Assembly: GCA_050944015.1 (NCBI GenBank) | Contig: JBMNQG010000026.1 | Span: 1-27,284 of the forward strand | DNA from: Oscillospiraceae bacterium | GTDB taxonomy: Bacteria > Bacillota > Clostridia > Oscillospirales > Oscillospiraceae | Length of the DNA: 27,284 nt | Direction: 5' to 3' | In this document: positions 1 through 5,646 of the stretch, piece after piece | Numbering within the stretch: the first letter of the stretch is position 1 | Layout: every line of letters starts with the position of its first letter | The notes under the pieces: generated by a model | Database searches by the model: none | Seen by the model: the letters and a program-made list of their open reading frames with translations, nothing else | What the model was told of the DNA's origin: nothing | Position numbers and translations under genes: made by a program

Positions 1-194
1 GTCCAGCGGAAACAGAAGCGCGCACCTTTAAAGTCTGTTCCCTCGAGTATAGCACAATCGTCAAATCAGCCGTACAGACCTGCCGACAAAGGGGGGAGAT
101 TCGCAAGAGGGGGGCGGCTTTGTCGGAGCCCCCCTCTTGTGCGGCTCTTTGGCTGCTTTCTGGCCGAGCAGAAAGTAGCCCCGCCCGGAGGGCA
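1..194 (+). repeat. Structured intergenic repeat, 'B-core' copy 1 (5' end cut by window edge)
   Basis: Aligns by eye to 1942-2143, 3779-3981, 4224-4426 and the reverse complement of 9915-10116. Shares the box GCACCTTTAAAGTCTGT (22-38), hairpin 1 AAGAGGGGGGC/GCCCCCCTCTT (105-138), hairpin 2 GGCTGCTTTCTG/CAGAAAGTAGCC (151-180) and the tail CCGCCCGGAGGGCA (181-194). Confidence 0.85.
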
Positions 195-201
195 GCCAAA
201 C

Positions 202-226
202 AAAAAAACTGCCCCGCGGGGCGGCA
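202..226 (-). terminator. Rho-independent terminator downstream of ridA
   Basis: The minus strand reads TGCCGCCCCGCGGGGCAG followed by TTTTTTTG, a short GC stem plus T7 tract. It starts about 12 nt after the ridA stop codon. Confidence 0.6.
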
Positions 227-237
227 AATTATTAACC

Positions 238-618
238 TTATGCCATTAACGCTATAGCCTCGATTTCCACCAAGGCGCCCTTGGGCAGGCCGGCCGCCTG
301 AACTGTGCTACGGGCGGGGTAAACCCCGCTGAAAAACTCCCCGTACACCCTGTTCATGGCGGGAAAATCCTCCAGGTCTCTCAAAAACACCGTGGTCTTC
401 ACCACGTTTTCCATCCTGCTGCCCCCCGCCTCCAGCACCGCCTTCAGGTTCCGAAGAGCCTGCCGGGTCTGGTTTTCTATGCCCCCTTCCGGGAACCCGC
501 CTGTAACGGGGTCTATTGGCAGCTGCCCGGACACGAATACGAACCCCGCCGCCGAAATTCCCTGGGAATAGGGCCCGATGGCCTCCGGCGCGTCCTTCGT
601 TTTTACCTCTTTCCTCAT
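238..618 (-). CDS. ridA: RidA/YjgF-family reactive enamine/imine deaminase
   Basis: The translation contains the family-typical APEAIGPYSQ...VFVSGQLPIDP...VKTTVFL...PARSTVQAAGLPKGALVEIEAIA. I chose the ATG at 618 (AAGGAG SD 8 nt upstream) over the GTG at 627, which overlaps the SD. Confidence 0.9.
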   Translation of the reverse strand: MRKEVKTKDAPEAIGPYSQGISAAGFVFVSGQLPIDPVTGGFPEGGIENQTRQALRNLKAVLEAGGSRMENVVKTTVFLRDLEDFPAMNRVYGEFFSGVYPARSTVQAAGLPKGALVEIEAIALMA

Positions 619-638
619 GTGGTCCACTCCTTGTCGGC

Positions 639-1211
639 TCAGTCCATTTTATAGAATATCTGCCAGTCCTCCACCAGCTCGATACGGTCGCGGTTTTCGC
701 CGGCTTCCGGTGTCTTTTTATAGCATATCCCGACGTAGCCCAGCTTATGAAAATGGGTATAAAACTCCATCGCGTCCTCCGTCACAGAAATGCTCAGCAC
801 CTGGGCGTGGGCGGCTTCGGTCTCCTCGCCTCCGTCCCCCGGCACCGCCACTTCCGCGCCCCGGAAAACCGCCTCAAGGTTTTCAAGCAGGGCGTCCAAA
901 TCCTCCGCCCCCGGTCCCGCAAAAACGCTGGCCGGCTCCATTGCCTCGTTGCCCCTGATTGCCGCCGGCCTGCCGTCGGCCCGCCGCAGGATATGCAGCC
1001 CCTCCATGTCCGCCGCAGCCCGGGCGAGGCTCTGGAATTCCTCGGACATTTCCATAAACAGCCCCCGGGCCTCCAGCATCATGTCCCCGTATTCCTCAAG
1101 AACTATGGTCTCGGGGTTCAGCCCCAGGGAGTTCCATAGGGTCAGCCTGAAGGCGTAGGCCAGAAAGACGGCGAGAAGGCTCAGTCCCGCCGCCGTAAAC
1201 GCTGTCTTCAT
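639..1211 (-). CDS. Hypothetical protein with an N-terminal membrane anchor or signal sequence
   Basis: ORF with a hydrophobic N-terminus (KTAFTAAGLSLLAVFLAYAF) and an acidic soluble domain. I recognise no family. It is packed between mscL and ridA on the same strand. The ATG at 1211 is preferred over the GTG at 1220. Confidence 0.6.
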   Translation of the reverse strand: MKTAFTAAGLSLLAVFLAYAFRLTLWNSLGLNPETIVLEEYGDMMLEARGLFMEMSEEFQSLARAAADMEGLHILRRADGRPAAIRGNEAMEPASVFAGPGAEDLDALLENLEAVFRGAEVAVPGDGGEETEAAHAQVLSISVTEDAMEFYTHFHKLGYVGICYKKTPEAGENRDRIELVEDWQIFYKMD

Positions 1212-1272
1212 GAACACCACCCGCTTTTGTTCACAAGGGGAGGAAGCCCCGCCTCCTCCCCGCGCGCAAGTC

Positions 1273-1728
1273 TCAGTCCTTCCTCAGCTCCGCCAGTATT
1301 TCGGCCAGAAGCTGCTCCGCGGTGGGTGCGGGCTCCGCCGGGGGCGCCTCCTCCGCTTTCTCCTCCTCCGCCTTCTTCTGTGCCTCCATTCTGGCCATTA
1401 CCCTGTTTATTCCGCGTATCAGCAGGAATATCACAAGGGCAAGGATAAGGAAGTTGATAACCGTGGCGATGAACAGCCCGATGTTGATGGTGTTTGGCTC
1501 CTCCTGCACCGTCCCGAAAAGGTTGGGCAGGACGATTTGCCAGCTGTCGAAGTTGATGCCTCCGATGAACATGCTCACGATAGGCATAATTACGTCGTTG
1601 ACGAGGGAGTTTGTTATTGAGGAAAATGCGCCGCCTATGATTACGCCCACCGCCAAGTCAATAACGCTACCCCGGGATATGAATTCCTTGAATTCCCCAA
1701 AGAAACCTTTTCTGCCGCTGTTTTCCAT
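1273..1728 (-). CDS. mscL: Large-conductance mechanosensitive channel MscL
   Basis: The N-terminus FKEFISRGSVIDLAVGVIIGGAF plus a second TM segment and a charged C-terminal tail is diagnostic of MscL. A GGAGGGAG SD lies upstream. Confidence 0.92.
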   Translation of the reverse strand: MENSGRKGFFGEFKEFISRGSVIDLAVGVIIGGAFSSITNSLVNDVIMPIVSMFIGGINFDSWQIVLPNLFGTVQEEPNTINIGLFIATVINFLILALVIFLLIRGINRVMARMEAQKKAEEEKAEEAPPAEPAPTAEQLLAEILAELRKD

Positions 1729-1814
1729 ATTTCTCCCTCCGTATTGACTTTATCTTTTGTCGGCTTTCGCCGTTTTTCAACCGTGCGTGAGTCCGCCCTG
1801 TCCGCCGGGCTTAC

Positions 1815-1941
1815 CTCCGCCGGGGGCGGTACTTTTCCCCTTTAGTTTGTCTCCAATTTCACACCGCACCAGCGTCCAGCAAAATCGCCCTCCCCTGCCG
1901 GGGGCATTGCTTATCACAGCTAGCCAATTTCAAAACTACCA
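1815..1941 (+). repeat. Fragments of repeat module 'A' and linker, with an internal deletion, abutting B-core copy 2
   Basis: 1815-1840 (CTCCGCCGGGGGCGGTACTTTTCCCC) matches the start of module A at 3581-3606 and 4025-4050 but lacks the 3' arm of its hairpin. 1879-1905 (GCAAAATCGCCCTCCCCTGCCGGGGGC) matches the linker/A-start at 4007-4038. 1915-1941 resembles the last ~25 nt of module A. Confidence 0.7.
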
Positions 1942-2143
1942 CCGCAGGAGCGTTTAGCGGAAAGAAAGGCATGCACCTTTAAAGTCTGTGTGCGCGGATT
2001 CAGGACAATTCCAAACACATGCGCACCGGCTGACCCTTAGAGGGGAGATTCGCAAGAGGGGGGCGGCTTTGTCAGAGCCCCCCTCTTGTGCGGCTCTTTG
2101 GCTACTTTCTGGCCAAACAGAAAGTAGCCCCGCCCGGAGGGCA
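1942..2143 (+). repeat. Structured intergenic repeat, B-core copy 2
   Basis: Full-length match to the other B-cores. Hairpin 1 is at 2054-2087. Hairpin 2 is at 2100-2129 (GGCTACTTTCTG/CAGAAAGTAGCC, loop GCCAAA). It lies between the serS stop and the mscL start. Confidence 0.85.
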
Positions 2144-2162
2144 TCCCCGCGATATTATCCTA

Positions 2163-3455
2163 TTAGGATAACGGTTTTATAACCTCTATCCCGCCAAGAT
2201 ACTTGCGCAGTGCTTCCGGCACCACCACGGAGCCGTCTTTAAGCTGGTTCTGCTCAACCAGGGCGGGCAGGATGCGGCTTGTGGCCAGGCCGCTGCCGTT
2301 AAGTGTGTGCACGTATTCGATTTTGCCGGTGTCCTTCCGGCGGAAGCGCATGTTGCCCCGCCTGGCCTGGTAGTCACGGGCGTTGGAAACGGAGGAGACC
2401 TCCTTGTACCCGTTCATTGAGGGTATCTGTATTTCAATGTCGTAGGTGCGGGCCATGGCGGAGGAGCAGTCCCCTGCCGCCAGCTTGACGGTGCGGAAGT
2501 GGAAGCCCAGGCCCTTCACAAGGTTTTCCGCCTTTGTGACCAGCTCCTCGAAGGCCTCGTCGGAGCCTTCCGGCGTGGTGTACTGGACCATTTCCACCTT
2601 ATTGAACTGGTGGCCCCGGACCATGCCCCTCTCGTCGGAGCGGTAGGAGCCTGCCTCCCTCCTGAAGCAGGGCGTGTAGGAAATGAACTTTTTAGGCAGG
2701 TCGGACTCGTTTAATATCTCGTTCCTGTAAAGGCTCACCAGGGCCGCCTCCGCGGTGGGCAGCATGTAGTGCATCCTGTCGTCGGTGGGATTGGCAATTT
2801 TAAATACCTCGTCCTCGAACTTAGGGAACTGCCCGGCGGTGAGGCCGCACTCGTACACCAGCATGTGGGGCACCAGCAGCAGCTCGTAGCCGTCGGCAAT
2901 GTGGGTGTCTATGAAGTAGTTCAGCAGGGCCCACTCCAGCCTTGCGCCCATGCCGGTGTAAATCCAGAAACCGCTGCCGGCCAGCTTTGCGCCCCGCTCG
3001 TAGTCTATGAGCCCCAGGCTTGTGCACAGGTCCACGTGGTGTTTGGGCTCGAAATCGAACTTGTGGGGCTCCCCGTAGTAGCGCAGTGGCTCGTTGTTTT
3101 CCTTACCGCCAGGCTTGAGGTCCGGGTCCGGCAGGTTGGGCAGGCTCAGCATCAGGCTCATGTACTCGGCCTCCACCTCTTTCAGCCTGGCGTCCAGCTC
3201 TTTTATCTCCTCCTTGAGGGCGTTCATCCGGTTCAGCACCTCGGCGATGTCCTGATCGGCCTTCTTCATGGCGGGAATCTGCTTTGAGACCTTGTTCTGC
3301 TCGCTTCTGGCGGTGTCGCCCTTGGATTTGAGCTGGTTTCTGGCAGCGTACAGCTCCAGAATCCGGTCAATGGCATCGTCGCAGTCCGCGCCCTTGGCCC
3401 TCAAGCGTTTTTTTACATCTTCAGGATTTTCGCGTATAAGTTTAATGTCCAGCAT
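2163..3455 (-). CDS. serS: Seryl-tRNA synthetase
   Basis: 430 aa. It has the N-terminal coiled-coil arm (MLDIKLIRENPEDVKKRL...) and a class II core with TPCFRREAGS and GSGLATSRILPALVE motifs. Confidence 0.95.
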   Translation of the reverse strand: MLDIKLIRENPEDVKKRLRAKGADCDDAIDRILELYAARNQLKSKGDTARSEQNKVSKQIPAMKKADQDIAEVLNRMNALKEEIKELDARLKEVEAEYMSLMLSLPNLPDPDLKPGGKENNEPLRYYGEPHKFDFEPKHHVDLCTSLGLIDYERGAKLAGSGFWIYTGMGARLEWALLNYFIDTHIADGYELLLVPHMLVYECGLTAGQFPKFEDEVFKIANPTDDRMHYMLPTAEAALVSLYRNEILNESDLPKKFISYTPCFRREAGSYRSDERGMVRGHQFNKVEMVQYTTPEGSDEAFEELVTKAENLVKGLGFHFRTVKLAAGDCSSAMARTYDIEIQIPSMNGYKEVSSVSNARDYQARRGNMRFRRKDTGKIEYVHTLNGSGLATSRILPALVEQNQLKDGSVVVPEALRKYLGGIEVIKPLS

Positions 3456-3509
3456 TTCAATTACTCCCTATCTTTTTTCTGTATGTATTTCTTAATTATT
3501 TTCATATTT

Positions 3510-3518
3510 AATATATCA
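3510..3518 (-). promoter_or_regulatory. Candidate extended -10 promoter element for serS
   Basis: The minus strand reads TGATATATT (TG-n-TATATT) in the only AT-rich stretch upstream of serS, about 55 nt before the ATG. There is no good -35. Confidence 0.3.
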
Positions 3519-3564
3519 TATATCTTCGCCACAAAACGGCCAAAATAGTCGCTTGACAGACTGA

Positions 3565-3778
3565 GCCGCAAAAATCGTCTCCCCCGCCGGGGGCGGTACT
3601 TTTCCCCGTGGAAAAGTACCCAAAACACGCTTAAGGGCGCAGGCCTAGAATCCCGTAAGAAAAAGGACGCTTCGCTTTGCCCTCCCGCCGGCGTCAAGAG
3701 CCGGAAAATACGGCTGCACGACTTCGTACGTGCGCCTGTGCCAACCAAGGCTTTGTAGATTTAATTCCCAAACTCTCT
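3565..3778 (+). repeat. Repeat module 'A', copy in tandem unit 1
   Basis: Near-identical to 4004-4223. It contains the perfect 11-bp hairpin GGTACTTTTCC/GGAAAAGTACC (3595-3620) plus smaller hairpins (CCGGC..GCCGG, GCACG..CGTGC). Confidence 0.8.
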
Positions 3779-3981
3779 CCGCTGGAGCGTTTAGCGGAAA
3801 TAGAGGGTTGCACCTTTAAAGTCTGTTTCTTGAATACAGCACAAATCCCAACTCAACCGCTGCGACATACAACCCAGGAGGGGAGTTCCGCAAGAGGGGG
3901 GCGGCTTAGTCGTAGCCCCCCTCTTGTGCGGCTCTTTTGCTGCTTTCTGGCCGAGCAGAAAGCAGCCCCGCCCGGAGGGCA
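3779..3981 (+). repeat. Structured intergenic repeat, B-core copy 3 (tandem unit 1)
   Basis: Hairpin 1 is at 3892-3925. Hairpin 2 is at 3939-3966 (GCTGCTTTCTG/CAGAAAGCAGC). The same conserved 5' box and 3' tail are present as in the other copies. Confidence 0.85.
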
Positions 3982-3986
3982 TGCAG

Positions 3987-4016
3987 TCTATAGATTATTA
4001 CCAGCGGCAAAATCAA
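3987..4016 (-). promoter_or_regulatory. Promoter-like motif inside the repeat linker (TTGATT-18 nt-TATAGA on the minus strand)
   Basis: The -35-like TTGATT is at 4016..4011 and the -10-like TATAGA at 3992..3987. The predicted start coincides with the edge of B-core copy 3. The same arrangement occurs at 9880-9909 on the plus strand next to copy 5. Confidence 0.3.
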
Positions 4017-4223
4017 AGTACCCTCCCCTGCCGGGGGCGGTACTTTTCCTCGTGGAAAAGTACCCAAAACACGCTTAAGGGCTGTGCCCTTAAGAATCCC
4101 GTTAATAAAAAAGACGCTTCGCTTTGCCTCCCGCCGGCGTCAAGCGCCGGAAAATACGGCTGCACGACTTCGTACGTGCGCCTGTGCCGGCAAGGCTTTG
4201 TAGATTTAATTCCCAAACTCTCT
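4004..4223 (+). repeat. Repeat module 'A', copy in tandem unit 2
   Basis: Offset of about 444-445 nt from unit 1. Hairpin GGTACTTTTCC/GGAAAAGTACC is at 4039-4064. A perfect 9-bp hairpin CTTAAGGGC/GCCCTTAAG is degenerate in unit 1. Confidence 0.8.
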
Positions 4224-4426
4224 CCGCTGGAGCGTTCAGCGAAAATAGAGGGACGCACCTTTAAAGTCTGTTTCTTGAATACAGCACAAATCCCCACACA
4301 AACGCATTATCCCCAACCACAGTGGGGGAGTTCCGCAAGAGGGGGGCGGCTTTGTAAGAGCCCCCCTCTTGTGCGGCTCTTTGGCTGCTTTCTGGCCGAG
4401 CAGAAAGTAGCCCCGCCCGGAGGGCA
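4224..4426 (+). repeat. Structured intergenic repeat, B-core copy 4 (tandem unit 2)
   Basis: Hairpin 1 is at 4337-4370 and hairpin 2 at 4383-4412. The copy is offset exactly 445 nt from copy 3 on both sides of a divergent 32-nt block. Confidence 0.85.
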
Positions 4427-4469
4427 ACGTGCTCCAGGCGAGGGTTAATCTGGTCTAACAGAAAACAGT

Positions 4470-4496
4470 AAATATAAAAGCCCCGGGGGAGGGGCT
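4470..4496 (-). terminator. Rho-independent terminator ending the miaB-mutS-CPBP-small ORF transcription unit
   Basis: The minus strand reads AGCCCC-TCCCCC-GGGGCT followed by TTTATATTT. It lies about 70 nt after the stop of the 4567-4881 ORF. Confidence 0.6.
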
Positions 4497-4566
4497 ATCC
4501 CGCCGGGGGTAGGCTGCTGTCTTGAGGTTTTGGAAAAGGGTGCTTTTTGTCCTGCTGAAGTTTTTC

Positions 4567-4881
4567 CTATTTCGGCAGTTCCGTGGAGTAGAGGGCTCTG
4601 TAGGATTCCTCTTCGTAGGAGTCCTTGGAGGGGGTGGGCTTCAGGCCGGTGCACTCCGTCGAGGAGGCGGCGCCGCCGATTCCCGGCAGCAAGCCTTCCG
4701 CCAGCTCCTGGACCAGGGACTGCATCTCCTGCTTGGAATTCACCTGGCCCGCCCTGCGCAGCACCGCCTCCTTTTGAGAAGGGGAAAGGGAGGCGAACCG
4801 CTCCAGCGCCGTCGTGTTCTGGGCCAGGGCCATGCCCAGCCCCAGGGGGACGTCCCCCTGCTTATTCTTTTTTTCGGGCAT
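4567..4881 (-). CDS. Small hypothetical protein (104 aa)
   Basis: A strong SD (GAGGTGA, 4-nt spacer) precedes the ATG. The protein has a helical central part (ALERFASLSPSQKEAVLRRAGQVNSKQEMQSLVQEL) and a low-complexity tail. It is the last gene of the mutS operon. I am confident of no family. Confidence 0.6.
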   Translation of the reverse strand: MPEKKNKQGDVPLGLGMALAQNTTALERFASLSPSQKEAVLRRAGQVNSKQEMQSLVQELAEGLLPGIGGAASSTECTGLKPTPSKDSYEEESYRALYSTELPK

Positions 4882-4938
4882 AAAATCACCTCGGCACTAG
4901 TTTTTGCCGAGATGATTTATTTATTCCAGTTAAAAATT

Positions 4939-5646
4939 CTACATATTTTTCATGTAGGTCAGGGACAGGGCGTTTACGGCCATGTGGAAGAAAATGGGCG
5001 CCCATATGCTGCCGCTTTTTTCGTAACTCCAGGCAAGGGCGATGGAGACGGGAACGTACTGCAGGGCGTACAGCAGCAGGGTGGGGTCCATGTACGCTAT
5101 CGCATACTGCCAGACGTGGTAAAGGGAAAAGAGGGCTATGGATACGACGTAGGCCCAGAGGCGGCTCCTTTTCCTTATGGAGCCGAACACCACGCCCCTG
5201 AACAGGACCTCCTCCACAATGGGGCCCAAAAACACCGCCATCACAAAGACGGATTTATAGCCCTCCTGGGCCATGGCGTTTACAAACTCGTTGTTGGGGT
5301 TTTCCAGCTCCGCGGTGAAAAGCTGCATGACAAGAAAGACCACGTAAGACAGAAAGGCGTTGAGGAAGTAGGCGGAGACCAGGGACAAAAAGCTGTTTAA
5401 CTTATGGTCCAGCATGGTGTCGAAGCTGCGGCGCAGGAAGCCGCGCATGAAAAGCAGCACGTAGACTATGCCCACCGCGTAGTACGCCACGTTGAGGACG
5501 GTAGTATTAGGCACGTCCGGGGCCACGTAGGAATACACGCCCAGGAGGAAGGGGATTACGAAGACGTGAAGGGGCAGGTACATCCAGCCCAGAATTTTTT
5601 CACTGCGCTTCATCGAGTTATTGAATTCGGGAGTTTTAATCTGCAT
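4939..5646 (-). CDS. CPBP-family intramembrane glutamic endopeptidase (CAAX protease/Abi-like)
   Basis: Polytopic membrane protein with the CPBP motifs EEVLFRG, FSLYH and FFHMAVN in the expected order. Its ATG overlaps the mutS stop (TGATG). Confidence 0.85.
   Translation of the reverse strand: MQIKTPEFNNSMKRSEKILGWMYLPLHVFVIPFLLGVYSYVAPDVPNTTVLNVAYYAVGIVYVLLFMRGFLRRSFDTMLDHKLNSFLSLVSAYFLNAFLSYVVFLVMQLFTAELENPNNEFVNAMAQEGYKSVFVMAVFLGPIVEEVLFRGVVFGSIRKRSRLWAYVVSIALFSLYHVWQYAIAYMDPTLLLYALQYVPVSIALAWSYEKSGSIWAPIFFHMAVNALSLTYMKNM

Noticed and set aside
3703-3737. Resemblance of GCACGUACG...AGCCGUAU (minus strand) to the two halves of a group II intron domain V.
   Set aside because: The halves are in the wrong order to form domain V. 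There is no GUGYG 5' end, no intron ORF and no other intron domains. I treat it as coincidental.
3566-3790. Module A read on the minus strand as a T-box or other attenuator leader for serS. It contains GUACCGCC, an AGAGAG stretch, a GAAGUCG loop, and in unit 2 an alternative GTACC/GGTAC pairing.
   Set aside because: There is no canonical GGGUGGUACCGCG T-box sequence. The candidate specifier would not be a Ser codon. The alternative pairing exists in only one copy. The same module occurs next to unrelated genes (upstream of mscL).
3565-4426. Possible CRISPR array or other short-repeat array.
   Set aside because: There are only two units, each about 445 bp and internally complex. There are no 25-40-nt direct repeats alternating with unique spacers. 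No cas genes are in the window.
3461-4448. Several 60-170-aa ORFs in the track lie entirely inside the repeats: 3461-3748, 3677-4078, 3791-3982, 3924-4448, 4013-4297 and 4236-4427. They include two 63-aa look-alikes starting MPSGRG.
   Set aside because: The frame is not conserved across copies. Copy 2 stops after 35 codons, copy 5 is frameshifted after KPPP by a C-run length change, and copy 1 has no start codon. The pattern of conserved stems and variable loops fits nucleic-acid structure, not a protein.
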